Part shown: piece by piece, positions 15,741 through 26,505 of the stretch
Layout: each line of letters starts with the position of its first letter
Position numbering within the stretch: position 1 is the first letter of the stretch
Assembly (NCBI GenBank): GCA_949077035.1
Contig: CARUPR010000002.1
Location: 4,218 to 68,217 of the forward strand
Length of the DNA stretch: 64,000 nucleotides
Reading direction: 5' to 3'
From: an uncultured Eubacteriales bacterium
GTDB taxonomy: Bacteria; Bacillota; Clostridia; Christensenellales; UBA1242
Program-made: the position numbers and the translations under genes
The notes under the pieces: model-generated
The model's database searches: none
What the model was told of the DNA's origin: nothing
The model's input: only the letters and a program-made list of their open reading frames with translations

Positions 15741-16424
15741 ATGAAGAAAGTAGCAAAAAAATATGCTCAAGCTGTAAGTATGGTTGAGCAAAAAGCTTAT
15801 GATATCGGCAGTGGACTTGACACTTTATTGTCACTTCCAAAAGCTAAGTTTGATGAAAGTGTTGAACTTCATGTAAGACTTGGCGTTGATGGAAAAAATG
15901 CTGACCAACAAGTGCGTGGTGTGTGCGTTCTTCCTCACGGAACTGGTAAGAATGTTAAAATTCTTGTTATCGCTAAAGGTGACAAGGCTGACGAAGCTGT
16001 TAAAGCAGGTGCTGATTATGTTGGTGCCGAAGAAATCGTTGCTAAAATCCAAGGTGGATGGCTTGATTTTGATGTATGTATCACAACTCCTGATATGATG
16101 GGTGTGGTTGGTAGAGTCGCAAGAGTTCTTGGACCAAAAGGTCTTATGCCAAACCCAAAGAGTGGAACTGTAACTATGGATGTAGTTAAGGCTATCACTG
16201 ATGCAAAAGCAGGTAAGGTTGAATATAGACTTGATAAAACAAACAATGTTCACGTAATCATAGGAAAGGTAAGTTTTGGTAAAGAAAAACTTATTGACAA
16301 CTTCAATACAGTTATTGAAGCTCTTATCAAAGCAAAACCAGCTGCTGCAAAAGGTCAATATTTCAAAAATGTGACTATTGCTTCAACTATGGGACCTGGA
16401 CTTAAAGTCAATGTTACTATGTAA
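15741..16424 (+). CDS. rplA: 50S ribosomal protein L1
   Basis: Contains [14 protein letters not shown] and [17 protein letters not shown]. Confidence 0.97.
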   Translation: MKKVAKKYAQAVSMVEQKAYDIGSGLDTLLSLPKAKFDESVELHVRLGVDGKNADQQVRGVCVLPHGTGKNVKILVIAKGDKADEAVKAGADYVGAEEIVAKIQGGWLDFDVCITTPDMMGVVGRVARVLGPKGLMPNPKSGTVTMDVVKAITDAKAGKVEYRLDKTNNVHVIIGKVSFGKEKLIDNFNTVIEALIKAKPAAAKGQYFKNVTIASTMGPGLKVNVTM

Positions 16425-16442
16425 TTTTAAATTATAATAGCT

Positions 16443-16475
16443 AAAAAAGCATATCAATTTGATATGCTTTTTTTT
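16443..16475 (+). terminator. Intrinsic terminator after rplA
   Basis: aaaaaa GCATATC aattt GATATGC tttttttt. Confidence 0.8.
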
Positions 16476-16564
16476 GTTTGATTTTATTTTAAATTTGATA
16501 TATTGATTTATCATAATTTCTTCTTTAAATCAATGATTTAATTTAATATTTTATAAAAGGTGTA

Positions 16565-17617
16565 TTAAATGGTTAAATTTTCTTCAGCAATTTTATTTTC
16601 TTCTTTATCTTTAAGATATTGTTCATATCTGTTTGAAAGTTTGATAAAAAAGTCTTTGTCCTTTTCTAAATCCTTCCAATTTTCATCATTCAAAACGTAA
16701 TTTAAAAATTCTTCATCATATTCACATTCATTTTCAAATTTATCGTCAAAAGGGATATATCTATAGTCAAGTCTATTTTTTTGCTTAACTTCCTTTAGGA
16801 AATCATAAGCTCTGAAATAAGCCTTTATATTGCGATTGTTTTCATTCAAAATCACATTAGAAGGTTCAAAAGCGCCAAGTTTTGAGCAGAAATTGACATA
16901 TCTTTTTAAGCTTTCAGTTTTTATTGTATTTAATAAAAGACCTAAAATTTCTTCCACTTGATAGAAGTTTTCTTCCTTAAATTTTTCTTTTAAAGAGCCA
17001 TCTTTAAACATCACAGAAAGGGTATTTGGATATAATTTTCTATTTCTGTCTTGTATTCTCATACTTACTTGTTTATGTTCAAATGCACCCAGTTCAATAT
17101 TTGGTATTTTATTGCTAAATTCAATTTTATATATATCAAGACAGCTTGCAAATGCATCTTTTTCTATATTAGAGATATTATAAGGTAGATAAAGTTCTGT
17201 TAAGTCATAATTGCCAGCAAAAGCACATGATTTAATGGTTTTCAATTTGCTGTTGTGTGTTAAATTGATTTTTTTAAGTCCATTTGAATAAAAAGCAAAA
17301 TCGGAAATTGTTTCAACATTGTCAGGTAAATCAATTGATTCAATAGAAAGGCAGCCGAAGAAGGTTGAATTTTCAATAGTTTTCAAATCTTTTGGAAGTT
17401 TTACATTCTTAAGTTTGTTGCACATATAAAAAGCACATTCTTTGATTTCTTTGACACTGTCTGGTATTTCAATTTCTTCTATTTCATCTCTTATAAATTT
17501 TGAAAAGGCGAGAAAGCCAATTGTGGTTACACCTTTCCAAAATTTGTCAGGCTCATTTTTCAAAATTTCTAAATCTTCAATTGTCACGTCTGTCAATACA
17601 CCATTTTGTTTTTTCAT
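16565..17617 (-). CDS. BspA-type leucine-rich-repeat protein without a signal peptide
   Basis: Repeated units of the form IPDSVKEIKECAFYMCNKLKNVKLP, LKTIENSTFFGCLSIESIDLP and VETISDFAFY. A non-LRR domain of about 170 aa forms the C-terminus. Confidence 0.7.
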   Translation of the reverse strand: MKKQNGVLTDVTIEDLEILKNEPDKFWKGVTTIGFLAFSKFIRDEIEEIEIPDSVKEIKECAFYMCNKLKNVKLPKDLKTIENSTFFGCLSIESIDLPDNVETISDFAFYSNGLKKINLTHNSKLKTIKSCAFAGNYDLTELYLPYNISNIEKDAFASCLDIYKIEFSNKIPNIELGAFEHKQVSMRIQDRNRKLYPNTLSVMFKDGSLKEKFKEENFYQVEEILGLLLNTIKTESLKRYVNFCSKLGAFEPSNVILNENNRNIKAYFRAYDFLKEVKQKNRLDYRYIPFDDKFENECEYDEEFLNYVLNDENWKDLEKDKDFFIKLSNRYEQYLKDKEENKIAEENLTI

Positions 17618-17753
17618 TTTATACTCCTTTCTCTTTTTTTATTATAAATATTATATAATATTGTTTTATTTTTGTCAAGGTAAAAACGCTAAAGAAATGT
17701 TTATATTTATTTTCTTAAGAATGGAAAGTATGATATTTTATCTGTCATTCAAC

Positions 17754-17789
17754 AAAAAAACATCTCTATTTAAGAGATGCTTTTTTTTA
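17754..17789 (-). terminator. Intrinsic terminator after the giant surface protein gene
   Basis: The reverse strand reads aaaaaaaa GCATCTC ttaaata GAGATG ttttttt. Confidence 0.7.
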
Positions 17790-17793
17790 AGCT

Positions 17794-20700
17794 TTATTTC
17801 ACTTTTTGACGTTTTCTAAGGGCTATTGTTATGCCGATAACAACGCCAACTGCAATGACACCAATCACGATTGCAATGATTGCGAAAGCATTGAGAGGGT
17901 CAGTTCTGACAACTTTATATGAATATAAAAGGTGGCCGCTTGCAGTGTAAAGTTGAATATAATAAGTGCCTGATTGAAGAACGGTAATTCTTTCATTTTC
18001 TGCATAACTTGAAAGATTATCTGCGGTGTAATCTCTTCTTAGAGTGTCTATCAACAGATAGCAATCACCAACAGTATCGTAAAGATTTTGCACATTGAAA
18101 GAAATTACAATATCTTTTGTTGTTTTTTCACCTTCTGGTAATGAAACGCTGATAGGTGGGTTGGCAGTATTTATCCAAAATTCAAAAGTGAAGGTAGAAC
18201 CAATTGTATTTATAAGTTCGCTATTATTAAGGTTGATTGTGATTTTATACCTTCCGCTTCCTGTTTTTTCATCAAGGTAGTTGATGGTAAGAGCAGATAA
18301 ATATTCTTTTCCATCGATATTGATTGTAGGGAAGTTTGCAATTTCAATAAGTGAATCTGTGATATCAAGATTGTCTTTTTCAATCTTTTCGACATAATAT
18401 TGACTATATCCAGAGAATTCATAGGCATATCTTGATTCATTTTTGTTGAGGATAGTAAAGCTATATTCTTCAGTGCGGACAGGAATACCTGTGATTGAAG
18501 TTGCATTAAATGAAATTGTATAGAATCCTGCATTAGAGAATGTGTATGTGTTGTTTGAAGATGTAAAGCCTGTATAATCTCTTCCATTTCTCTTTACGCT
18601 TATTGTAGGCATCCTTGAAGGTTGATAATAAGTTGAAAGATTGGTTGGTTTGATTATCACAGAACTATTGTAAACAGCTTTTTGAATTGGTTCTGTTATT
18701 ATTGTTTCACCAGCTTCATTTGTGCTTGAAATGGTGAAAGGCACATGACTAAGGAAGATTATATCAATATATTTACTTGTTTTAAACATCTGCACATTGG
18801 CAGGCGAACAAGAATCGTATATTTTGATTCTATAAGTTCCTGGCTCATTTAAGAACACATAAGAGTCAATTTTATCAGAATAAATCGTGCTGTTGACCAC
18901 TACATATTCGCCATTAAACAATTTTGTTATTTCAAGATTGATTTTGTTTGCTTCAATTCCATAATAGCTTGAGAAGTTGAGCTTAAGTTTATTAAAACTT
19001 GTATCAGTTTCTTTATTAGCAACGATTACAACTGAATTTTCATCCTTTATTGATGCTGTAGTTCCGGTAGGTGTTTCGTAATTAAATGTGCTGATAATAT
19101 TGTTTGTTTCTGCAATATAAATTATTGTGAAGTCACCAGCCGATTCGCTGCAACTATAATGATAAATTTCAACTGTCACATTGCTGCCAGTGCTGTCTAT
19201 AATAGGTGTTGAAAGTTCAACTTTTGCTTTTTCATTGGTTGTAATTTTGATACGATTGTTCTTATCTGCATAATCAACACTTACAATATAATTGTTTTCT
19301 ATGGTTTTGTTGTCAAGGGTAGTGTATTTTACATCACTTTTTTCAACATTAAGACCATCAACAGTTATATAATAGAATGAGTTTGAACTATCAAGTATTG
19401 ATACCTTGTAGATTTTGCATAACTCTGTGAAAACTTCATCACTGTCATATTTGACGAGTATTGTATAATCGCCAACACCTGAAATAGTATAACCGCTTGT
19501 TTCTGATGTATTGCTGTTTATATTAACCCATGTCAAACCATTGTCGTTTGAAATATAAACACTATAACCATAGCCAGTTTCATAATTTAATTTGCTGTTG
19601 TAATTTAAGCTTTGACCATTGAAGAATCTAACTGTTACATTTTCAGAATAGGTGGTTATGTTTTCTGATGTCCCATAGTAAGTCTTGCCATTAAAGTTTA
19701 CACTTGTGTTTGGCACAATTCCGATGTTTGACTCTTCTATAGGTTGTTGGTTTTTATCATTGAAGATAATTCCACCAGCAATCACCTCATTTGCATAAGA
19801 AGTTCTGAAAGGTAATTTGTTATAAAGTCTTATGTGTAAGGTTTTGATGATATTTTCGCTTTCAACATCATGGACGATAAGCTTATAATAATCATCATAG
19901 AATACCTCTTTTGAAGGTTCAAACTTAAGCTGGCAAAGATTTGTTGAAGAATTTATATTTGAAGTAATATCATTTGTCACATCAATTCCATCTTTATTTA
20001 ATACCTTTAAGCTATATAACAGGGTATTAAATGTATAGTTGATTGTATTTGAAGATAGATATGTGATAGTGCCGTCATTTTCAGCAAGTTCATAAACTGT
20101 GCTTAATCCTGTCACTTCTCGATAACTTACCTCATTTGCAAGCTGAATAATTGTTGTGATGTTTCCAAAATTGTCAACAATGTCATATCTGACTTTTTGT
20201 GCCGAGTTTGCACCCAAATTTATTGCAATTTGAAGGGTGGTATTTCCTGGCAGGGTTTTGAAAGTGATAAATGATAATGCTGAGATGTATTCCTCTGTTG
20301 GAGTCCATGTCCCATAAATTAATTGGTTGGCTTCCATTATCTTATTCCACTTATTGTCTGTGGTTGCATTGCTATTAAATTGTGAAATGGTAATTTTTGT
20401 TGGATAAACATAACTTGTTTTTTCACTTGCAACTTGTGCTGAAGTTGGGACATTTATATTAAGTATCGCTGATGTTTTGGTTGGGTCTTCCACCTTTTGG
20501 GTATTCAATGTTGCATCCATCACCGAAATATAAATTTGTGAAGAGAGACCAAGTGTCCTGTCAGCAAGCACCATAGTATGCTTATCTGAAGAAGAAGTCA
20601 CATTTTCAAACAGAGAAGAAAGCGTTTTGATTGTGAAGGTGATTCCACTTGAAGGGAAGGCAATTTGATAAATCTGATTGTCTTCAAGCCAAGGTGATTT

Positions 20701-23700
20701 TAAATATCTTATAGTGCCTTCGCCAGCTTTAGTTAAGGTGAAATAACCCCAGTCATCAGATTTATAATTTAAATCCTTTATTTCAAATCCGCTGTTTGAA
20801 TAGATATTGAAACCATCTTTAATTTGGTCATTTTCTATTGTTACATCATCTTTTAATACCGCATTTGTGTATTTTATAGCTGTATTTTGTTGTTCTGAAA
20901 CATCTTCAATGCCAGAGGAGAGCTGAACAATATAAACAGTCATATTTTTTGCATAATCCATTTCAACGATTTCATAATAGCCATATCTTAAGTCGGAAAT
21001 TTCTTCATCAGTTGGAATAAATCTATAAATTCTTTCAGAGAATGAATTTTTGTCAATTTGAGTATAACTTTTGATGTTGTCTATTTCTCTATAATAGATT
21101 GCTTGAGTATCGTAAGGATTGTTTGGAGCATCTAAGAGGGTTGAAACAAGGGTGTCTGTGAAGAAGTCTTTTGTCACATTAAAGCTGAAATACTTAAAGT
21201 ATCCATTGTCTACATTGTAAGTATAGCTTGCTTCATTAATAGTGGAAAGGGTGACATTGTTGATTTCTTCATTTTTATAATCATAATACTTTCTCATTGA
21301 CATAAGTTGATAGTTTGCTGTCAATGATTTTGTTGCATTTTCAGTCATATACATCAAATTTTGCAGGTTTTGAGAAGGAAGAGTTTTGTCAAAATATATT
21401 CTTTTTGTTATTGAAGAATAATAATCTCTGTTGAAACCTTCAAATTGCATTGTAATTTCAATGTATAAGTCTTTTAAATTGCTTTTGATAAAATTTTCTG
21501 TATTTATAGTAAATGATTTTGTATTGCCGTCAGTGACAATCTCATTTCGAGTATCTGTGAAAGGTATTTGAGAATTGCTTGACCTGATTGAAATTGTTTT
21601 TTCATCAATTTTAGCTTCATATTCACTTTCAGGGACTTCCCACTGAATTGTCAATGAATCTGAATTTGTGAAATAGTTGTTTTTTGTATCTTTTGTGCTG
21701 TTTAAAAGATATCCGTCAGAGCCTAAAATGTCAAAGTCAGGAGTTTGTGATGTGATTTCAAATCCAAACTTATAAAGGCTGAAAAATTCGCTTGTATTTC
21801 CTATGTTGGATGCCTGATAGATTGTTACAACATAATTTCCCTTTTGATAGAAATTGTTTATTGGAGATGATTTATCAATATTTCCATTCTTTCCACTTGC
21901 AGGGTAGAGATTGAGATAACCATTGGTTTGAGTTCCGTCAGAGTAATAATATTTTTCAACCTCTTTATTGTTTTCAATAACCTTTGCCTGCACTTCAGCG
22001 AAGATTTGATATTCTTGAATTGAAATTGAATTTATATATTCAAGTGCATCGCTTTCTCTTGTAAAGCTATCTACAAGCACACCTTCTACATAAACATCAT
22101 AGCTTCTGTTAGAACTGTTATATTCATATCTTGCATTTCCATAGTAAGAAAGGTTGTCATTCTTATTTAAAGTATAATCTTTTATATTGTTATCATTTAC
22201 AGAAGCAACGCTTGATATAGTATATTTATATTTTGGAATATAAAGTGATATTGGAAGCTTGTTTCCGCTTATTGCAACACTTTGAATACTATCATTTTCT
22301 TTATAGTTTTCTTTTGAATAGAATGAACCATTGTTTAAACCATTTTGGTTATATTTTGGGAATGATATTTCAATTGAAGAGTTGTTGCCGCTGTAGAAGC
22401 TTAAAAGGATATCGCCGCCAACCAAACTTTCAAGTGAAGAAATGATATTTCCATTTTCATCTGTCAACACTCTTCCATTTTCATCAACAGCATTGACAGG
22501 TTCAAGTTTGCTGATAAGACCTTTGTCGTCAATTATTATCGATAAAGTGCGTCTAAAGAAATCATTTTTTGAATTGTTTTCATTTTGTGAATTTTCTTTA
22601 TATGTTCTTTCAAAGACATATTTGCCAGGAAGAGGAGTATTGTTTGAACCAAGGGCTAAATTAAATTCCTCTTGTTGACCAGTTTCATATTTTAAGTCTG
22701 ATGCAGTGAAAACTGCTAATTTTTGTGATGGCTCATCTTGTAAATCATAGTAGTAATAATAATTGTTGTTGCCTGGGTATTTCATCAATTTTGGGATGAA
22801 AGGGTAATAATATAATGTGATGTTTTGAAGTTCTGACCCATTTTCAGCAACAGGTATATAGGTAAGTTTCAATTCCTGTTTTGCTGTGGTAGGTGAGTAA
22901 TATGAGAATTTGTATTTATAATCAGATTTTATATAATCTTTGTCATTAATTTTGCCGTTTATATGTGTATAAACTATATTCTCGTTCTCATCTTCATATG
23001 TATAAAGATTTCCTACCAAACTGAAGCTTGAGAAATCAAGGACTTCATTTTTTGAATTTTTAAGCATCATCTGAGAAGCATCTGCAGTCACATTGAAAGA
23101 AATATAACCACTAGGATAGTTTTTATAAAGAATTTCCTCATTTTCTGCAAAGAAGGTATTTGAGGCATCGCGGACTAAAATTTTAAAGGTTTTGTTGTCA
23201 GCGATGACATTATTATCTTCATCATAGAATTCGATATCATATCTATATTTTTCATAATCAAGAGTTGGCAGTATAGGTGAGAAGTTTGAGCTGTCGCCAT
23301 CTTTCAAATAATACTTTTCGTTTATATCAATTACCAGATAGAAGCTGTTGTAATTTGTTATGCCTGTTTCTTCTTTAGGTTGTGTGGTTATTTCCCTAAT
23401 ATTTTTTAATTTTTCATTATTAGTTTTCTTGAAAAATTCGCCAACTTTTTCGTGAAGTTTTTCGCTTGCATTTGCTATATCAATGCCATATTGATATGGT
23501 GTGATAGACAAAATATCATCAATATTTTCAATGTAAATAGCCTTTTGCTGTGACCAAACGATTGAAATATATGTTCCAACTGGTGGCACAGGCAGACATT
23601 CATTGTTTTTGAATAAACTTCTTGACACATTTCCGTCATCTATTTCTTGAATAAACACTGGTGAAGATGTATCAATCAAATAAATCTCAAAAGCAGAGTT

Positions 23701-26262
23701 TCCAGCTTGGTCATAAACTTCAAGAATATAGAAACCATCATTAGACTTAACATAAGTTGAAGGAATGGTAGAATTGTAAGAAGATGAATTTGCATATTCT
23801 GTCCATTGCATACGATTGCTTAAATCAATTTTACTTGAGATTGGCAATATTTTTTCATTGAGAAGCGAACTTATAAGTCTTGATTGCTCACTTGAAGAAA
23901 GTGAAGAATAATAGTTTATCTGTTTTGTTGGGATATAACTTACATATCCATATGTTTTGGCTCCACTTGCCTTTTCGTCCCAAGATAAAACAAATGGTTG
24001 GTTTGTGTTGTAAGAAGAAAATTCATCTTTTACTTGGTAGGTTGTTGTGGAAATCAATGATACATTTCTTGAAGAAATATTCTTGATTTGATTTGTGTCG
24101 ATAGTAAAAGTTCTGGTGCTTGGTTTTGATGAATTTGATGAGGTTATTTTAATGGTGAAATATGCATTTGAATATTTGTTTGCAGTTTCAATCAAAATAC
24201 CATTCTTGTTTGCGATTTTTTCATTGAAATCTTTACTAAAATCATCGTCATTTTCTGATGCAGCAAAAGTTTGGTATATCATGTTGTAAGAAGCCAAATC
24301 TTGAATAAGGACATCTTTGAAGAAATATGATTTGTCTTGATAGTTTTGTGCAGAGAGGGTTATTTCAACTTTTGCGTCATAGATATTGTTTTCTGCATTG
24401 TTTAAAATATAAACATTTTTGTTGGTAAATCCATTTGTATAAACTTCATTAAGTTGGCCGTCAAAGACATCAACAGTTGGGGTAGTGTTTGAAATTGTAA
24501 AGTAGAAAATTTGATAGTGATATTTTGCACTTTGAAGTGTCCCGCTTGTGGACATAAATGAATCAAACTTATATTGAATTATATAAAGGTATCTTCCTGC
24601 TGCATTTTGATTGTCACCCAAAAATTCCTCAGTATCTAAAACATCGTTGTCATTATTAAGTTTATAAATTCTGCTGAATTCTCTGTCATTTTTAGCATTT
24701 GTTGAGAATTTGATAGGTGGCTGATTGGTCGAAGCAGGTGATAATTTTTCTTTCACAATTGCATTTAAGGCATAATCTTTTAATTTTTCTATATCAAAAT
24801 TTTTATCGCTGCTTGGATTTGCATTTTTAAGGATATTTTTAATGGTTTCATCTGCAGTAGCATCTGTTAAGATATGATTGTTTACTATGCTTGTAATATC
24901 TGCAGAAAGATAATATCCATCTTTATCATCATATGATTTTATATCCTTGCTTTTTGGCTGGTTTGTGTTTATGTTTATATCTGAATAGTCAGAATACATA
25001 GTTTGATAACCATAGATATACAATCTTTGAGATTTGTTTTTAAAAATTGAATTGTTGCTAAGTTCTTCTAAATCTAAATTATAGATTGTAGTCTTGCCAT
25101 CTCTTTCAATTGTGTAAAGGTATGAGAATGAAATATCATAACTTCCAATATCAGAGAAGACAATTGTTGCAGTTTTCTCGCCATTATCTTCTTGCAGATA
25201 ATATCTTACAAATCCATCTTTTTCAGAAATTTCATTTCCTAATTGGTCAAGTGCAACAAGTTTTCCATCTTGATACTCAATCTTTGTTTGTGATTTGTTG
25301 TTGTCAAGGTTTGAATACTCGACAGTAAGTGAAAATTTTTCAGGATTGAAACTGATTGAAGGAAGGGTGTTTACTTTGTTTGAATATGCAAAATTATAAA
25401 AATAGTAAGTTGAAAAGTCATTTGATGAGGTTAAGTTTGAAATTTGCAAGTTTTCAGAAGGTGTGATTTGTGGTTTTCCACTTGCTGTATCAAAATATGT
25501 ATTTGAATTAAATATCATAAAGTTGTAATAAATATCACGCTTTGTTGATTGAAAAGTTATTCCGCCATTGGTTGTTTTAAATTCAAGGATTGGCACAACC
25601 AAAGTGTAAATTCCTTCTTTATTTAAAATGACTTGATTTTTCGTGTCTTCTTCACCAAACTCAATATTTGCATTGTTGGTGTTAAGTAAAAATTCTAAGT
25701 TGAATTGTTTTGGGGTGAGAGAGGTATTTGATGGTATGAATGAATGTTCATGTGCTTTAAAATAATTTTGTGGAGATTGATAATTAAGAAGGTTTTCTTT
25801 GTCACCCAAGTTATTATTTGCCACATCCTGTGAGGTAAGGTCATAATAGAGGGCGATTGCAGATTCGGTATAATCAAAATAATAGTAAACCTGATTATTA
25901 TCCTTTTGTGGTTGATAATAATAGTTTTCTTCGGTATAAGAATCTGTTCCGTCTTCATTTTTTACTTCATCTCTTGTGATGGTGTCTGTTGCAATGCTTA
26001 TGGTATTATAACTTCCATTTTGAAATAAATAAACAGTATCGCCAACATTTGAAACTTCAATTCCATTTCCATTTGAAGGAGAAATTTGAAAGTAATCGGG
26101 CAAACTGTTTGAAATTTGCGATTGCGAAGCAAAATCGGCATGAGAATATTCTTCACCGCCAACCTTATTTAAATTTAAAGTAAGAAACCCGCCAAAACTC
26201 AAGCTAAATATTAAGGCCAAAGGCAAGGAAAGTTTTTTAAATAAATTTGAAATTTTTTTCAT
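17794..26262 (-). CDS. Giant (2,822 aa) surface protein with an N-terminal signal peptide and a C-terminal TM anchor; adhesin-like
   Basis: The start is set at ATG 26262, with GAGGTG 4 nt upstream. The signal peptide is MKKISNLFKKLSLPLALIFSLSFGGFL. The body is N/S/T/Y-rich and looks beta-rich. The C-terminus is LNAFAIIAIVIGVIAVGVVIGITIALRKRQKVK. I saw no LPXTG motif. Confidence 0.8.
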   Translation of the reverse strand: MKKISNLFKKLSLPLALIFSLSFGGFLTLNLNKVGGEEYSHADFASQSQISNSLPDYFQISPSNGNGIEVSNVGDTVYLFQNGSYNTISIATDTITRDEVKNEDGTDSYTEENYYYQPQKDNNQVYYYFDYTESAIALYYDLTSQDVANNNLGDKENLLNYQSPQNYFKAHEHSFIPSNTSLTPKQFNLEFLLNTNNANIEFGEEDTKNQVILNKEGIYTLVVPILEFKTTNGGITFQSTKRDIYYNFMIFNSNTYFDTASGKPQITPSENLQISNLTSSNDFSTYYFYNFAYSNKVNTLPSISFNPEKFSLTVEYSNLDNNKSQTKIEYQDGKLVALDQLGNEISEKDGFVRYYLQEDNGEKTATIVFSDIGSYDISFSYLYTIERDGKTTIYNLDLEELSNNSIFKNKSQRLYIYGYQTMYSDYSDININTNQPKSKDIKSYDDKDGYYLSADITSIVNNHILTDATADETIKNILKNANPSSDKNFDIEKLKDYALNAIVKEKLSPASTNQPPIKFSTNAKNDREFSRIYKLNNDNDVLDTEEFLGDNQNAAGRYLYIIQYKFDSFMSTSGTLQSAKYHYQIFYFTISNTTPTVDVFDGQLNEVYTNGFTNKNVYILNNAENNIYDAKVEITLSAQNYQDKSYFFKDVLIQDLASYNMIYQTFAASENDDDFSKDFNEKIANKNGILIETANKYSNAYFTIKITSSNSSKPSTRTFTIDTNQIKNISSRNVSLISTTTYQVKDEFSSYNTNQPFVLSWDEKASGAKTYGYVSYIPTKQINYYSSLSSSEQSRLISSLLNEKILPISSKIDLSNRMQWTEYANSSSYNSTIPSTYVKSNDGFYILEVYDQAGNSAFEIYLIDTSSPVFIQEIDDGNVSRSLFKNNECLPVPPVGTYISIVWSQQKAIYIENIDDILSITPYQYGIDIANASEKLHEKVGEFFKKTNNEKLKNIREITTQPKEETGITNYNSFYLVIDINEKYYLKDGDSSNFSPILPTLDYEKYRYDIEFYDEDNNVIADNKTFKILVRDASNTFFAENEEILYKNYPSGYISFNVTADASQMMLKNSKNEVLDFSSFSLVGNLYTYEDENENIVYTHINGKINDKDYIKSDYKYKFSYYSPTTAKQELKLTYIPVAENGSELQNITLYYYPFIPKLMKYPGNNNYYYYYDLQDEPSQKLAVFTASDLKYETGQQEEFNLALGSNNTPLPGKYVFERTYKENSQNENNSKNDFFRRTLSIIIDDKGLISKLEPVNAVDENGRVLTDENGNIISSLESLVGGDILLSFYSGNNSSIEISFPKYNQNGLNNGSFYSKENYKENDSIQSVAISGNKLPISLYIPKYKYTISSVASVNDNNIKDYTLNKNDNLSYYGNARYEYNSSNRSYDVYVEGVLVDSFTRESDALEYINSISIQEYQIFAEVQAKVIENNKEVEKYYYSDGTQTNGYLNLYPASGKNGNIDKSSPINNFYQKGNYVVTIYQASNIGNTSEFFSLYKFGFEITSQTPDFDILGSDGYLLNSTKDTKNNYFTNSDSLTIQWEVPESEYEAKIDEKTISIRSSNSQIPFTDTRNEIVTDGNTKSFTINTENFIKSNLKDLYIEITMQFEGFNRDYYSSITKRIYFDKTLPSQNLQNLMYMTENATKSLTANYQLMSMRKYYDYKNEEINNVTLSTINEASYTYNVDNGYFKYFSFNVTKDFFTDTLVSTLLDAPNNPYDTQAIYYREIDNIKSYTQIDKNSFSERIYRFIPTDEEISDLRYGYYEIVEMDYAKNMTVYIVQLSSGIEDVSEQQNTAIKYTNAVLKDDVTIENDQIKDGFNIYSNSGFEIKDLNYKSDDWGYFTLTKAGEGTIRYLKSPWLEDNQIYQIAFPSSGITFTIKTLSSLFENVTSSSDKHTMVLADRTLGLSSQIYISVMDATLNTQKVEDPTKTSAILNINVPTSAQVASEKTSYVYPTKITISQFNSNATTDNKWNKIMEANQLIYGTWTPTEEYISALSFITFKTLPGNTTLQIAINLGANSAQKVRYDIVDNFGNITTIIQLANEVSYREVTGLSTVYELAENDGTITYLSSNTINYTFNTLLYSLKVLNKDGIDVTNDITSNINSSTNLCQLKFEPSKEVFYDDYYKLIVHDVESENIIKTLHIRLYNKLPFRTSYANEVIAGGIIFNDKNQQPIEESNIGIVPNTSVNFNGKTYYGTSENITTYSENVTVRFFNGQSLNYNSKLNYETGYGYSVYISNDNGLTWVNINSNTSETSGYTISGVGDYTILVKYDSDEVFTELCKIYKVSILDSSNSFYYITVDGLNVEKSDVKYTTLDNKTIENNYIVSVDYADKNNRIKITTNEKAKVELSTPIIDSTGSNVTVEIYHYSCSESAGDFTIIYIAETNNIISTFNYETPTGTTASIKDENSVVIVANKETDTSFNKLKLNFSSYYGIEANKINLEITKLFNGEYVVVNSTIYSDKIDSYVFLNEPGTYRIKIYDSCSPANVQMFKTSKYIDIIFLSHVPFTISSTNEAGETIITEPIQKAVYNSSVIIKPTNLSTYYQPSRMPTISVKRNGRDYTGFTSSNNTYTFSNAGFYTISFNATSITGIPVRTEEYSFTILNKNESRYAYEFSGYSQYYVEKIEKDNLDITDSLIEIANFPTINIDGKEYLSALTINYLDEKTGSGRYKITINLNNSELINTIGSTFTFEFWINTANPPISVSLPEGEKTTKDIVISFNVQNLYDTVGDCYLLIDTLRRDYTADNLSSYAENERITVLQSGTYYIQLYTASGHLLYSYKVVRTDPLNAFAIIAIVIGVIAVGVVIGITIALRKRQKVK

Positions 26263-26505
26263 AAAACACCTCACAAATATTTTATCACAAGCAATAAAAA
26301 AAACAAAATAAATTTGTGTGTTTATATAAATAATATTAAATATTATTATATAAATAATATACTAAGAATATATAAGTATTAAATATAATACTAAACTATT
26401 GTATACATAATATAATTTTTTAACCAACTTCTAAGCTATTTTTAATTTTAATTGAAAAAAATGTCAAAAGGGATGAGATTTTCATAAATAAGTAAAGAGG
26501 TAATT

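Noticed and set aside
26329-26347. A 19-bp perfect palindrome, AATAATATT-A-AATATTATT, upstream of the giant surface protein gene
   Set aside because: It is composed only of A/T in a region that is almost entirely A/T, so chance occurrence is plausible. I noted it but did not call it an operator.
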